In this document: one piece after another, positions 40,694-51,826 of the stretch
Layout: every line of letters begins with the position of its first letter
Numbering within the stretch: position 1 is the first letter of the stretch
NCBI GenBank assembly: GCA_963788655.1
Contig: CAWBHS010000049.1
Span: 96,001-160,000, forward strand
Direction of reading: 5' to 3'
DNA: 64,000 nt
Source: an uncultured Verrucomicrobiae bacterium
Lineage (GTDB): Bacteria > Verrucomicrobiota > Verrucomicrobiia > Limisphaerales > JAFGQR01
Translations under genes and position numbers: made by a program
Notes under the pieces: generated by a model
Databases searched by the model: none
What the model saw: the letters and a program-made list of their open reading frames with translations, nothing else
Told to the model about the DNA's origin: nothing

Positions 40694-42361
40694 ATGAAAC
40701 CAATCCTCTTCGCTCTTTTGGCTACCGTCGCCGCGCTTTCAGCGGTAGCTGCCGAACCACTCGCCGCGCCAATCCCGGCACCGGCTAACGCCGCCCAGCT
40801 CGAAGAATGGCGCGCGATGCGCTTCGGCATGTTCATCCACTGGGGTCCCGTCAGTCTCAAAGGCACGGAGATTGGCTGGTCGCGCGGGGCGCAAATCCCC
40901 ATTGCCGAATACGACAAGCTCTACACGAAATTCAACCCGACCAATTTCGACGCGGACGCATGGGTCAAGACCGCCAAAGAGGCCGGCATGAAATATCTGG
41001 TGTTCACCAGCAAACACCATGACGGCTTCTGTATGTGGGACACGAAACAAACCGACTTCAACATCATGCACTCGCCGTTTGCCCGCGACGTGCTCAAAGA
41101 GTTGGCCACTGCCTGCCGGCGCCAGGGCATTGCCTTCAGCACTTACCACTCGGTGTGCGACTGGCATCATCCCGACTTTCCTCGCACCAGTCCCGGCGGA
41201 CGGGTGCGCCGCGAAACATCCAACCTCGACCGCTACGAGCAATACCTGCGGGCCGAAGTGAAAGAACTGATCACCGGCTACGGCCCGCTCCAGGTGATGT
41301 GGTTTGATGTGCCGCAGGAATTTGATCAAAAGCGCGGTTTGGCCCTGGAGCAGTGGACGCGATCTTTGCAACCGGACATCATCATCAACAACCGCAGCGG
41401 TGCCCGCGGCGATTATGACACCCCGGAGCAACGCGTCGGCAAATACCAGGACCAGCGTCCCTGGGAAACCTGCATGACCATCTGCCACCAGTGGGCTTGG
41501 AAACCGGACGATGCGATGAAGTCGCTCGCGCAATGCCTGCAAACGCTGGTGCTGTGCGCCGGCGGCGACGGCAATTTGCTCTTCAACGTTGGCCCGATGC
41601 CCGATGGCCGCATCGAGCCACGCCAAGTTGAACGTCTCCGGGAAATGGGCGCGTGGCTGGCGACTCACGGCGAGAGCATCTACGGCACCCGCGGCGGCCC
41701 TTGGAAGCCGACGCGGAATGTGGCCAGCACTCGGCGGGGAAACACGATTTACCTGCACGTGCTGCACTGGAATGGCGACAATGTTGAATTGCCTGACTTC
41801 GGGCGCAATATCACCGGCGCCACCGTGCTGGGCGGCGGGCAGGCCACGGTGCAGCGGCAGGACGGAAAACTTCTTATCAATGTGCCCGCCGCAAACCGAC
41901 AGGCGATCGATACCATCGTGAAGCTCGACCTCGACGGCTCGGCAATGGAGCTTCCCGCAGTCAAGATACCCAGTGCCGGCGATGTGAAGGCAACTGCTTC
42001 GAACGTGTATCAGAACCAAATGGATAACTTCGGGCCGGACCAGGCGTTTGACAATGATCCGCACACGCGCTGGGCCACTGATACCGGCACCAAGGAGGCC
42101 TGGATTGCCGCCGAATTGACCAAGCCGCGAACCGTGCAGGTCGTGCGCATCCAAGAGGCGGTTCCTTACGACGACCGGGTGCAGCAGTTCGAATTTCAGT
42201 ACCGCGACGACGACACGTGGAAGACGCTGTTCACCGGCAGCCAGTTGGGCGCAAATTTCCAAAAGAAGTTTACCCCGGTCACTGCGCGTGAATTCCGGCT
42301 GCACATCCTGGACGCGACCGAAGGCCCCACCATCGCCGAAATTCAATTGCTCGAGCAATAG
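40694..42361 (+). CDS. Alpha-L-fucosidase (GH29) with F5/8 domain
   Basis: RFGMFIHWG, KHHDGF, MWFD, INNR, WETCMT, GNLLFNVGP. Confidence 0.92.
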   Translation: MKPILFALLATVAALSAVAAEPLAAPIPAPANAAQLEEWRAMRFGMFIHWGPVSLKGTEIGWSRGAQIPIAEYDKLYTKFNPTNFDADAWVKTAKEAGMKYLVFTSKHHDGFCMWDTKQTDFNIMHSPFARDVLKELATACRRQGIAFSTYHSVCDWHHPDFPRTSPGGRVRRETSNLDRYEQYLRAEVKELITGYGPLQVMWFDVPQEFDQKRGLALEQWTRSLQPDIIINNRSGARGDYDTPEQRVGKYQDQRPWETCMTICHQWAWKPDDAMKSLAQCLQTLVLCAGGDGNLLFNVGPMPDGRIEPRQVERLREMGAWLATHGESIYGTRGGPWKPTRNVASTRRGNTIYLHVLHWNGDNVELPDFGRNITGATVLGGGQATVQRQDGKLLINVPAANRQAIDTIVKLDLDGSAMELPAVKIPSAGDVKATASNVYQNQMDNFGPDQAFDNDPHTRWATDTGTKEAWIAAELTKPRTVQVVRIQEAVPYDDRVQQFEFQYRDDDTWKTLFTGSQLGANFQKKFTPVTAREFRLHILDATEGPTIAEIQLLEQ

Positions 42362-42476
42362 GGGCATTCGAATTGCCCACTGAGCCATGACGGGTCGATC
42401 GAGGTTGGATGGTGCTGCTGCCGCCCAACGATCGGCGAGTTGAAATTCAGTCTTGTTTCGGCCTTCGAATTTGCAG

Positions 42477-44120
42477 TCACCGGGCGCCGCGGTTGCCCGC
42501 AGCAGTCCCCTCCAGCCTTGGCCTCGCCATTGCGCCACCGTAGCGTTCGGCCACAATCAGGCGAAATTGGCGACGCAACTGGTCGCGGCCGTATTGGATA
42601 AAGATCAAGTTCTTCGCCACGCCCATCAGGGGCCAGAGCAAACCGAAACACAGGCCGGTCAGATGCGGCAAAACCAGCACCATGCCCAACGTCCGCACCA
42701 GCGCGCGGCTGGGTTTTCGCATGCTCAAGCCCAGCCACATTCCGAACACGCTGGTGGCATACAGATCCAGAACCATCACCAGCAGCACCACGGCCACGCC
42801 GAGGGCCGCCAATCCTCCGGCAGTCACGGATTCGCCGGCATATTCCCAACTGCTGATCTGTATGGCCAGCATCAGCAATTCCAGGAACAGCAACGTCGCC
42901 ACTGGCCAATAGAACAGGCGGCGCAATGATTCCAAGTGACCGTCCACAATCTCCCGTGCCGTCAACGGCGTGGACAAGAGCAACTCCAACATCCCGGAAT
43001 CGCGGGTGCCGGCAAACAGATAACAGGCCCGTCCGGCTGCCGCAACCGACAAGCTCAAGTGCAATCCCAAACCGCATTCGAACAGCACCGAGGCAAAATA
43101 ATCTTTACCGTAAAACACCACCGACCCGCCCAAGCCCGCCAGGCCGGCCAGCGCTACTACCGTCCACACTTGGTAACGCTTGGCCTCGGAGCGTTCCGCC
43201 AGCCACACGATAGGGTTGGACGCAAGCAAGGCGCGCCACCGTTCCCGACGGCGTTGGTCAAATCTCGTCCGCGTCTGTCCCGCCAACCACGCCGGCCACC
43301 GGAATCGCTGGGGGAGCAAGGGCGCATCCTGCCAACAGCGTGGCAACAGCGTGATGGCCGCGAGGAGAAACAAACCGCTCAGGGTGCAAACCAGCGCAAG
43401 CGAATTCCAAAACCGATCCGGGTCGGGCCGGTAAGCCGGGTCAAAGCCCCCAAGGAAACTGGTCGTCGGGCTCAACAAGGCCAACTGGTGAAAGCTGGGT
43501 TGCCAGGCGCTCAACTCGGCGGACCAACGGAAGTTTGGCAGGTGCCCGAGCAACCACGGAATCAGCGGCAGCACCAAGCTGAAAGTGGCCAAGCAGGTAG
43601 CGGCGCCCCCCCAAGCTTTGCGCTCTTGCCGGCTGATCGCGGACATCATCAGGCCGAGGGTCAGCGAAAAGAAGAGGGCGTTTAGCAGCACCAACACTTG
43701 CCGCCAAAACTCGCCGGCTGCCACCCCGCCGAGCACCAGCGGAATCGCCAACGGAGGAAAAATGGCCATCAGCGCGTAAAAGCTGTTCAACGACGCGGCG
43801 CTGAATTTGCCCAGCACCACGTCGTATCCTTTCAAGTCGGTCAGGAAGAGCAGTCCCAACGTGCCGGCGCGCTTTTCTTCGCTAAGGCAGTCCGCCGTCT
43901 GCCGGAAGCCCTCCAGCAGACAGAACGCGAAGGCCAATCCCGTGAGCACGCGAAAGACACCGCCTCCCAGGCTCGCCGGAGTTGCCGTGTCTCCCACCAC
44001 GACCAGCAAGAATCCGACAATGCCAATCGCCCCCGCCGCGGCGCTCACGCGGAACCAATGCGTGCTCCGGCGCCGGGCGCGCACCCGCAACTCTCGCTCG
44101 ACGATGGGCAACAAAATCAT
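42477..44120 (-). CDS. ABC-2 type permease-like membrane protein
   Basis: LPIVERELRV, SEEKRAGTLGLLFLTDL, GMLELLLSTPL. Confidence 0.8.
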   Translation of the reverse strand: MILLPIVERELRVRARRRSTHWFRVSAAAGAIGIVGFLLVVVGDTATPASLGGGVFRVLTGLAFAFCLLEGFRQTADCLSEEKRAGTLGLLFLTDLKGYDVVLGKFSAASLNSFYALMAIFPPLAIPLVLGGVAAGEFWRQVLVLLNALFFSLTLGLMMSAISRQERKAWGGAATCLATFSLVLPLIPWLLGHLPNFRWSAELSAWQPSFHQLALLSPTTSFLGGFDPAYRPDPDRFWNSLALVCTLSGLFLLAAITLLPRCWQDAPLLPQRFRWPAWLAGQTRTRFDQRRRERWRALLASNPIVWLAERSEAKRYQVWTVVALAGLAGLGGSVVFYGKDYFASVLFECGLGLHLSLSVAAAGRACYLFAGTRDSGMLELLLSTPLTAREIVDGHLESLRRLFYWPVATLLFLELLMLAIQISSWEYAGESVTAGGLAALGVAVVLLVMVLDLYATSVFGMWLGLSMRKPSRALVRTLGMVLVLPHLTGLCFGLLWPLMGVAKNLIFIQYGRDQLRRQFRLIVAERYGGAMARPRLEGTAAGNRGAR

Positions 44121-44406
44121 AGTCGTTCCCGGCGATCACCGGTCCGAGGGCCGGAGTTACTCCAGTGAAGGCAACAACACATCCGCCCCATTTTCCAGAA
44201 CCAGTGACGCGACGGCGATCAAAAAACGTCCGTCCCATGGCAAAGCCAGTACTGCTCGGAAGTCCTTCCGAATGTCGAGAAGCCAAGAAGACCGGCGCTC
44301 CTCGGTTGCGAATTGGGCGAACCAACCGACGACTTGGGGATGCTTTGCCCGTCGATGTCGTTCGTTTTTTGCTTAATTCTTCGAAGAGTTGTTCTATCGT
44401 CGCGCC

Positions 44407-46443
44407 ATGAACTCCAAATTGAATGGCATGGTTCGGTGGTCACTTCCATTGGCTCTCCTCCTGATTTCATTTCTTCCCGCCGGTCGCGCCGCCGGGCTTC
44501 CGGAATCGGATCAGCGCGCCAAGTCGGTCAAGACCCTCAACACGTTGCGCGCGTTTCCGGCCATCAAGTCCCAGGAGGAATGGCAGAAGCGCGCCAAAGA
44601 CATTCGCACCCACATCCTTGTCTCGTGCGGACTTTGGCCCCTGCCGGAGAAGACTCCATTGCAAGCGCACATTTTCGGCAAGATTGACCGGGACGGTTAC
44701 AGCGTCGAGAAAGTCTATTTCCAAACCTATCCCGGTTTTTATCTGGCCGGGAATCTATATCGCCCACTGGGGAAGGGCCAGGGACCGTTTCCCGGAATCC
44801 TCAATCCGCACGGGCATTGGGGCAAAGGCCGTCTCGAAGATACCGAACGCGGCAGCATTCCGGCGCGGTGCATCACCTTCGCCCGCCTGGGCATGGTGGC
44901 GTTTTCCTACGACATGGTCGGTTACAACGACACCGCTCAGGTAAACCACAAATTTGCCAATGACCCGACGAACCTGCTGTGGAACATCAGCCTCATGGGC
45001 CTGCAAACCTGGAATAGCATCCGGGCGTTGGACTTTCTGGAATTGTTGCCCGACGTGGACCGGGCCCGGTTGGCCTGCACCGGCGCGTCCGGCGGCGGCA
45101 CACAGACGTTTATGTTGGGGGCTATTGAAGATCGTCTCGCGGCGCAGGCGCCGAACGTGATGGTTTCGCATTCCATGCAAGGCGGCTGTCTCTGCGAAAA
45201 CGCACCCGGCTTGCGCGTAGATTATTCGAACATGGAGATTGCCGCCGTGCCGGCGCCGCGTCCGCAAATCCTGGTGGCCGCCGCGACGGACTGGACCAAA
45301 ACCATGATGACCATCGAGGGGCCCGCTGTGCAGAGTGTTTACCGGTTGTTTGGCGCACCGGATCATTTGCGGTTTGTGCGGTTTGAGTTTGATCACAATT
45401 ATAACCAGACCAGCCGGGAAGCGGTTTACCAGTGGTTCGCCAAATGGTTGCTGCACCATCCCGATGCAGCCTCGCTCAAGGAACCGGCTTACCAAAAGGA
45501 ACCGGACGACGCTCTGCGCGTCTGGCCGGATGGCAAACGGCCTGCGGATGCGCTCAACGAGCGGCAACTGACGCAATCTCTCGTCGAACGAGCGCAGCAG
45601 CAATGGCGGGCGCTGCAACCCAAGGATGAAGCTTCGCTGGCGCACTTCAAAACGATGTTGCGCCCAGCCTGGCAGCATTCGTTGCAACTGGAGTTTCCCG
45701 TGAACGAGTTGCTCGCGGAAGCTGGACGCGAAACCAAGGCACCGAATTGTTCCGTGCGCCGGATTTCCATCGGGCGTCCCGGCAAGGGTGATCGTTTGCC
45801 CGTGATTGAATTGACGCCGCCGGAAGGAGGCGAACGGACGTTGGTCGTCCTGGCCCACCCGGAGGGGCACACCGCCTTTTACGATGATGATCACGGAGCA
45901 AAAGGCCTCGCCGCGGCACTGCTTCAGCAACGGAAAACGGTGTTGCTGGTGGACACGTTTTTGACGGGGGATCTGGCCGATGCAAAAGCCTCGCAGTCGC
46001 GTAACGAATTACAGAACTTTTTCTGCACCTACAATCGCACGGATTTGCAGGAGCGCGTGCAGGACTTGATCACAGTTTGTACGTACGCCCGGCGTTCGGG
46101 GCGCGTGGTTTTGTGCGGCAGCGGCCGGGCTGGACTTTGGGCGTTGTTGGCCGCGCCAGCCGCCGATGCTGTGGTGGCGGATGCTGCCGGCGTGGATGCA
46201 AATGACGATGCCACGTTGCTGGGGCAGGATTTGTTCGCGCCGGGTTTGCGTCGAATTGGAACCTTCGCCGGCGGCCCCAGTCTGGCGGCACCACATCCGC
46301 TGCTTTTGCACAATACCGGACAAGATTTTGGCGAGCGCGAGTTGGCCGGAGTCTATGCCGCCGCCGGCCACCCGGAGCACTTCCGGGCCGAACGCGGGGC
46401 GCTTTCTCCTCAGGAAATATCCCAATGGATTGCCAAGTTCTGA
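44407..46443 (+). CDS. Alpha/beta hydrolase (acetylxylan-esterase-like)
   Basis: GASGGGTQT nucleophile elbow, CLCENAP, HNY. Confidence 0.8.
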   Translation: MNSKLNGMVRWSLPLALLLISFLPAGRAAGLPESDQRAKSVKTLNTLRAFPAIKSQEEWQKRAKDIRTHILVSCGLWPLPEKTPLQAHIFGKIDRDGYSVEKVYFQTYPGFYLAGNLYRPLGKGQGPFPGILNPHGHWGKGRLEDTERGSIPARCITFARLGMVAFSYDMVGYNDTAQVNHKFANDPTNLLWNISLMGLQTWNSIRALDFLELLPDVDRARLACTGASGGGTQTFMLGAIEDRLAAQAPNVMVSHSMQGGCLCENAPGLRVDYSNMEIAAVPAPRPQILVAAATDWTKTMMTIEGPAVQSVYRLFGAPDHLRFVRFEFDHNYNQTSREAVYQWFAKWLLHHPDAASLKEPAYQKEPDDALRVWPDGKRPADALNERQLTQSLVERAQQQWRALQPKDEASLAHFKTMLRPAWQHSLQLEFPVNELLAEAGRETKAPNCSVRRISIGRPGKGDRLPVIELTPPEGGERTLVVLAHPEGHTAFYDDDHGAKGLAAALLQQRKTVLLVDTFLTGDLADAKASQSRNELQNFFCTYNRTDLQERVQDLITVCTYARRSGRVVLCGSGRAGLWALLAAPAADAVVADAAGVDANDDATLLGQDLFAPGLRRIGTFAGGPSLAAPHPLLLHNTGQDFGERELAGVYAAAGHPEHFRAERGALSPQEISQWIAKF

Positions 46444-46550
46444 ATCCTCGCGAATTCAGGTGAATATCAGCTTGATCGCTTCAGCCCGCGTTGATTGTTG
46501 CGGGCAGATTTTGCGAGGCCAGAATTGAGCCAGGCCCGAATTCAAATCGC

Positions 46551-49118
46551 CTATTCCTCCGGTTCGCAGGCTACGGGCACCAGACGGTAGAACCGTTGCG
46601 GTAATGCGGGCGGATCGGGATCAACGTACTGCGCCATGCCTTCGTCCACCGGCAAGGTGCAAAGCGGCGTCCAGACCTTGAAGTCCTGCGTGGACTCGAC
46701 GCGGAAACAATGATTCGGATCCATTGGCACGCAGACATTGAACCGGCCGTCTGGCAGGCGAGTACACGGTGGACGCAGGTGATCGTTGTCCACAATAATC
46801 GCCGCCGCGCGGTGCGGTTGGCCGAGGACATATCCGGGCACTGCGGCGTCGTTTTCCAACAGCGTCACAACGACCGTCTCCACCGGTTCGGGCCGGTTGT
46901 CGTCGATTGGCTTGATGATGATCCGCGCACTGCGCTGGCCCGCCGGAATCGTCAACGGACTCGTGATGGCGGCATAGTCCACGCCGTTCGACGCCGTGCC
47001 GCCGAGGGTGAAGAGGATGTCCAGGGGATCGTTCGTCGCCCCAGCGCGGCGCACGACGAACGTGGCAGTGTTCAGGTCAGCGCTGCTGCTGGCACCTTCG
47101 CGGGCGAACGGATCGGTGGCGACAATGGTTACGACCGGCAGCATTGGCGGCGTGCGGTCATGAATGACCACCTCGGCCACGGCGAGCACGGGATCGACGC
47201 GATACCGTTCGATCGGTCCCACTGAGGGATCAGGCTGCAACGCGGCGACCACGGTTTCGTCGCCTTCCATCGCTTCATCGAACAGAGCGGTGACGAGCAA
47301 CTCCACCGATTCCTGGCCTGCGGGAATCTCCACCCAGTCGGGCAGTGGCGGGTAGTCCAGTCGCGGTACGGCGGAACCTCCATGTTGGAGCAGGACCGTC
47401 AACGCGTTTGCCAGGTCACCGCCACGCCGGCTGACGACGAACACGCCAGGCGCCGGCTCGGGTGCGAGACAAGTGTTGGGCGGGCAGAGCGGCTCCTGCG
47501 TTTCCGGGTGGCTGGCGCGGATGCTTACGACCGGAACGGTCGCAACGTCGTTGTCGTGAATCACCACCACCGCGCGGCTGTTCTCGGGATCGATGTTGTA
47601 GGTGGGCAGAATGGCCAAGGGCGAATGCGTTATTTCGGCAATCACGGTTTCGTCGCCTTCGGCGAAATCATCCTCGAGCGGGCCAATGAAAACCTCCACG
47701 GTCGCCGCGCCGGCGGGAAATTCCACCACGGGCGGCGGTGCGGTGTAGTCGGCGCTGCTTGTGGCGGTGCCGCCGTAATGCATCCAGACCCGCAGCGCCT
47801 GAATGGCATCACCGGTGCGCCGCAGCGTGAACACACCGGGCTGGACGCGGGTCGTGGGCGAAGGCTCGGTGGTTTCCGGCACGGTCGCTTCAATCGAAAC
47901 AACCGGCAGCCCGGCGATTACCTGGAGGCGAACCGGAGCCGACGTGACCGCGTTGCCCGCGGTATCGAGCGCGCGAGTGGTGAGGTCATGAATTCCGACG
48001 GGCGCGTCGCGCCACTCGAATTCATGATAAATCGGAGTGCCCGGATCGGGGGCACGGAAAAAGTTAATCGTTGATTCCCCGATTTTCCAGTCGCCATCGA
48101 AGAAATCGACGTGCGTGATCGCACCCTCGAGGTCGATGGCCGTGGCGGCGATGTGGATCGGGCTGCCTTCGCTGAACACTTCCCCGTCGTTCGGCGCGGT
48201 GATTTCCAGACTGGCGGTGGTGATGCCGTCGTCGCGGATAAATACCCGCGCCGACGCGTGCGCCGGGTCGATGTTCACGGAGTAACACGGGATGCCCAGC
48301 GGCGGATCGGTGAGCGGCGGACACTCCGACAGCGTGGCCGCCACCGTTTCAATGGGTTCAGGCAGGTCGTCCACGTTAGGCACCACGTCGATCTCAACGC
48401 GGTTCGTCCCGGCGGGGATGGTTACCAGCCAGGGGAGGAACGGGTAATCCGCGCCCGGCGTCGCCGTGCCGCCATAGTGAACGAACACCGGCTGCCCCTG
48501 TTCGGTCGATCCGGTCCGACTGATGGTAAACCGTCCTCGCAACGCCAAGCGGCGATAGGGATAAGACGATTCCTCCGCGATGGGGCTGGTCGCCTCGATA
48601 CTCACGACCGGCTCGGGCGGTGCTTCGTTATCGTGAATGACGACCTGCGCCGCCGCTTGCGCCGGATCGACTTGATAACGTTCGATTGGCCCCATCGTCG
48701 GATCCGGCAGGACTTGCGCAACGACGGTTTCGTCTCCTTCGGACAGCCGATCGTAGGCTGCCTCAACCAGAAGTTCAACCGACGCCTCGCCTGCGGGAAA
48801 GGAGACGCCACTGGGCAGCGCGGGGTAATCCGTCCCGCTCGTTGCAGTGCCGGCGTAACTCATGCTCACGAACAACTCGCGCGCCAGGTCGCCACCGCTA
48901 CGGGTGACGACGAATACGCCCGGCGCGGGTAGGGCCGCGTCGCAGACGGCGGGATCACAAAAAGGCTCGCGAGTTTCGGCGACCGAGGCGCGAATGCTGA
49001 CGACCGGCACGGTGTCGCCGGTTGAATTCTGCGCCCGCAGTGGCGTAGTGAGAATACCCGGCGCCGCGACGACTAATAGCGCCGCGAGGCAACGAAAGTG
49101 CGACATTGGAGTTCTCAT
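46551..49118 (-). CDS. Secreted Calx-beta repeat protein with Ig-like domain and C-terminal PVC-type domain
   Basis: Five repeats of F..TR.G..GTAT.G.DY..EGDETV..I.DND; C-terminal ESTQDFKVW..QRFYRLVP. Confidence 0.85.
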   Translation of the reverse strand: MRTPMSHFRCLAALLVVAAPGILTTPLRAQNSTGDTVPVVSIRASVAETREPFCDPAVCDAALPAPGVFVVTRSGGDLARELFVSMSYAGTATSGTDYPALPSGVSFPAGEASVELLVEAAYDRLSEGDETVVAQVLPDPTMGPIERYQVDPAQAAAQVVIHDNEAPPEPVVSIEATSPIAEESSYPYRRLALRGRFTISRTGSTEQGQPVFVHYGGTATPGADYPFLPWLVTIPAGTNRVEIDVVPNVDDLPEPIETVAATLSECPPLTDPPLGIPCYSVNIDPAHASARVFIRDDGITTASLEITAPNDGEVFSEGSPIHIAATAIDLEGAITHVDFFDGDWKIGESTINFFRAPDPGTPIYHEFEWRDAPVGIHDLTTRALDTAGNAVTSAPVRLQVIAGLPVVSIEATVPETTEPSPTTRVQPGVFTLRRTGDAIQALRVWMHYGGTATSSADYTAPPPVVEFPAGAATVEVFIGPLEDDFAEGDETVIAEITHSPLAILPTYNIDPENSRAVVVIHDNDVATVPVVSIRASHPETQEPLCPPNTCLAPEPAPGVFVVSRRGGDLANALTVLLQHGGSAVPRLDYPPLPDWVEIPAGQESVELLVTALFDEAMEGDETVVAALQPDPSVGPIERYRVDPVLAVAEVVIHDRTPPMLPVVTIVATDPFAREGASSSADLNTATFVVRRAGATNDPLDILFTLGGTASNGVDYAAITSPLTIPAGQRSARIIIKPIDDNRPEPVETVVVTLLENDAAVPGYVLGQPHRAAAIIVDNDHLRPPCTRLPDGRFNVCVPMDPNHCFRVESTQDFKVWTPLCTLPVDEGMAQYVDPDPPALPQRFYRLVPVACEPEE

Positions 49119-49351
49119 AGCGTTCCTGGTTTGTTCAGTCCAACATTACTCAAACACGATGGGCGACTGGAAATTGCTTTTCCATCAGTTTCATTTCCCA
49201 CAATGTTCTACCCCTGCCGCCGGGTTGCAAGCGGCATTCTTCCGGTTTTGAGACGCTGTTGATTAGTGAATCAGGAGGTTTACGCGAAGGTGCCGATGGC
49301 CCAGGACGGCGACGCCGCAATACCCCCAGGTCGGACCAGGCCAGCTCTGCC

Positions 49352-51070
49352 CTACCGCGCTCGGCGGCGGGCAAACCATTGGCCCAACCAGCGACCCCAC
49401 GCACCCAAGGCGCCGGGTTTGCCCAGTGGTTGCGCGGCGACATGGCGAAATTCGCGTTGCAGATGTAGCCGCGCCCAGTAAAGCCAACCCAGGCTGTTCA
49501 CCAGGCCAATAACGCCCCATAAGCTCAACACTCCGCCCAGCGACAGTAACCAGCCCCGGCCGGTGAGCAACACCCAGACGATTTGCCCCGCAGCCTGCAC
49601 GACCAGGAAAATGAAGCCGGGGAAATACAGAACACTCTGGGCCACACTATGGCCGGCCTTCTTGGGATCACCGATGCTCACTCCATACCACAGTCCCAGC
49701 CAACCCATCGTCAGAATATCCAGGGCATAGAAAACCAGGCAGACCAGGAGAATTGGCAAAAAAATGTGACGCTGCTGGCGCACCCAGGCTGGCCCCCAAC
49801 CGGAAATAAATAACAGAATCATCGCCAGTTGCCATCCCAGTCCAAACAGCACGATGAAACCGTAATGCTTGCGGAGCGCGAGCCATTGTCCGCGAAAAAT
49901 GTCCACCAGCGGCAACGGCGTACTCAGCACCAGTTCCAACGTGCCGTCGCGCCGTTCCTCGGCCAGCGTGCGGGCCGCCTCGGCGGCGACAAGAAATTTA
50001 GGCGCGAAATACCAAACGCAAAACCCAGCCACCAGCATCGTCGCCAGCGCGGTTTCCCAACCTACGACGAACGCCAACCAGAGGGGGAGAGCGAGCGTCG
50101 CGCCCAGCAGCATCCAAAACTGATTCGCTTTGCGCCGGTCCCGGGCGGCGAGCCAGTAGAAGGCATTATTGGCCAGACAATGGCGGCGCCAGGCCAATCG
50201 TTGACCGGGATTACCAAAGCGCCATTGTCGCAACCGGTCGCGCCAAGTCAGGCGGTGGGCGGGTTCGGTTTCCCGCCACGAACGCGCCAACCGGTGGCCG
50301 GCAAACCCAATTCCGAGCCAACCTAAAGCATGGGTGAACAGGATCGATCCCCAAAATGAAGTAAGCAGCCAACTGGTGGCGCCGACGGCAATGCGGTTTT
50401 GGATCAAGTGTTCCCAGACGGCGGGTCCGGGAATCGGGCTGAGAAACAACAGCACGTCCCGCAGGAGACGCATTTGCCAGAGATTGCTGACCAGCACACT
50501 GGCGATCGGCAGTATCATGAACAGAATGGCCAGGACAATGGCGGCGACCGACTCACTGGCTCGGCGGTTGCGGAAGATGGCCGAGGTTGTTAGTCCGATG
50601 GAAAGCGAGAGGAACAACGCGTTGAGCACGGCGACCAGGACTTCGAACAATAGGATCGCCTCCAGACCGCCGAACAGGAGCAGAATGGCCACGATGGGAA
50701 AGACCGCCAGCAGGGCATAGAGGGCCGGGAGGGCGTAGGCAGCCAGTTTCCCCAGCACAATGTCATAGCCTTGCAAGTGGGTGAGAAACAGGAAGGGCAG
50801 GGTGCCGTTGCGCTTTTCCTCGCTCAGGCAATCGGTGGTCAACCGGGCACCGCCGACCATCGCATAAATGAAACCCACCACCATCAACAGAATGAACGCA
50901 CTGCGGACTTGTGAGGGATTCAAGTTCCCGTGCGACTGGAAGAACAGAATATTGGCGATCAGAATCAGCCCGAGAACGGCCGCCCGCAAACGTCCATAAT
51001 AGGTTTTTGACTGCCGGGATTGCACCCGCAGCTCGCGCCGCGCAATGGGTAACATGGTGATGGATCGCAT
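49352..51070 (-). CDS. ABC-2 type permease-like membrane protein (paralog of 42477-44120)
   Basis: LPIARRELRV, SEEKRNGTLPFLFLT, GTLELVLSTPL. Confidence 0.8.
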   Translation of the reverse strand: MRSITMLPIARRELRVQSRQSKTYYGRLRAAVLGLILIANILFFQSHGNLNPSQVRSAFILLMVVGFIYAMVGGARLTTDCLSEEKRNGTLPFLFLTHLQGYDIVLGKLAAYALPALYALLAVFPIVAILLLFGGLEAILLFEVLVAVLNALFLSLSIGLTTSAIFRNRRASESVAAIVLAILFMILPIASVLVSNLWQMRLLRDVLLFLSPIPGPAVWEHLIQNRIAVGATSWLLTSFWGSILFTHALGWLGIGFAGHRLARSWRETEPAHRLTWRDRLRQWRFGNPGQRLAWRRHCLANNAFYWLAARDRRKANQFWMLLGATLALPLWLAFVVGWETALATMLVAGFCVWYFAPKFLVAAEAARTLAEERRDGTLELVLSTPLPLVDIFRGQWLALRKHYGFIVLFGLGWQLAMILLFISGWGPAWVRQQRHIFLPILLVCLVFYALDILTMGWLGLWYGVSIGDPKKAGHSVAQSVLYFPGFIFLVVQAAGQIVWVLLTGRGWLLSLGGVLSLWGVIGLVNSLGWLYWARLHLQREFRHVAAQPLGKPGALGAWGRWLGQWFARRRAR

Positions 51071-51136
51071 GTCCGTGCCGGGTCAGGTTAGGTCAAAAGG
51101 GTAGAAATACCCAGCCAGACATTCCAGATTGCAACC

Positions 51137-51826
51137 TCAAACCAACAGAACCGTCAGCTTCTTTGGTCCATGCGCGCCCAGGACCAGAATCCGCTCGATG
51201 TCGCCCGTGCGGCTGGGACCGGTGATGAAGGAGATCATGCTCGGGTAGTGGCCGCCGTATTTGGTCTTGAGCAACTGGTAGGCGTCGGGGAGGCCGGGGA
51301 CGAGTTGGTCACGCCGGGCCAGCACGACGTGATGCGGCGGCAGTACGGACAGCGCGCGGCCCCCGGCGCTGCGACTGGTGATCAGGACGCTGCCGGTCTG
51401 GGCCACCAGCGCGTCGCATGCGGTGATGCCGGCGTCGCATTGTTCGAGGGCGTTGACATCGTGATCCATGTCCGTGCGATAGACGGGAAGACCGAGTTTG
51501 TCGGCGACGAGGTCGGTTAATTCGGCGCGATGCGTGGCCACCTTTTTCCAGGCGTCAGCGTCGCGCAACTGTACCAGGCGAGCGAGGAGTTCGTCCGTAT
51601 TCTTGACCCGATAGAAATCGGTTTTTAGATCCACTGAGTTCGTCTGGAACAATTGCAGGTTGGCTTCGAATGTGTCCCCGGTTGGAGGCAGCACTTGGCG
51701 GAAGTCGGCGACCGAGGGCAGTTCCGGGGCAGCCGAAGGTTGCTGGTCATGGTGGACGCCAGGTTGGTGCGCCGGGGTGGCCAGGGCTTCGCGGATGCGG
51801 CCAAAAATATTTTCGCGTTCACTCAT
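51137..51826 (-). CDS. lutC: Lactate utilization protein C (LUD domain)
   Basis: LSVLPPHH, ITGPSRTGDIERILVLGAHGP. Confidence 0.9.
   Translation of the reverse strand: MSERENIFGRIREALATPAHQPGVHHDQQPSAAPELPSVADFRQVLPPTGDTFEANLQLFQTNSVDLKTDFYRVKNTDELLARLVQLRDADAWKKVATHRAELTDLVADKLGLPVYRTDMDHDVNALEQCDAGITACDALVAQTGSVLITSRSAGGRALSVLPPHHVVLARRDQLVPGLPDAYQLLKTKYGGHYPSMISFITGPSRTGDIERILVLGAHGPKKLTVLLV

Noticed and set aside
46551..49118. Internal DNA repeats in the Calx-beta gene as a mobile or regulatory array
   Set aside because: They are explained by ordinary tandem protein domain duplication.
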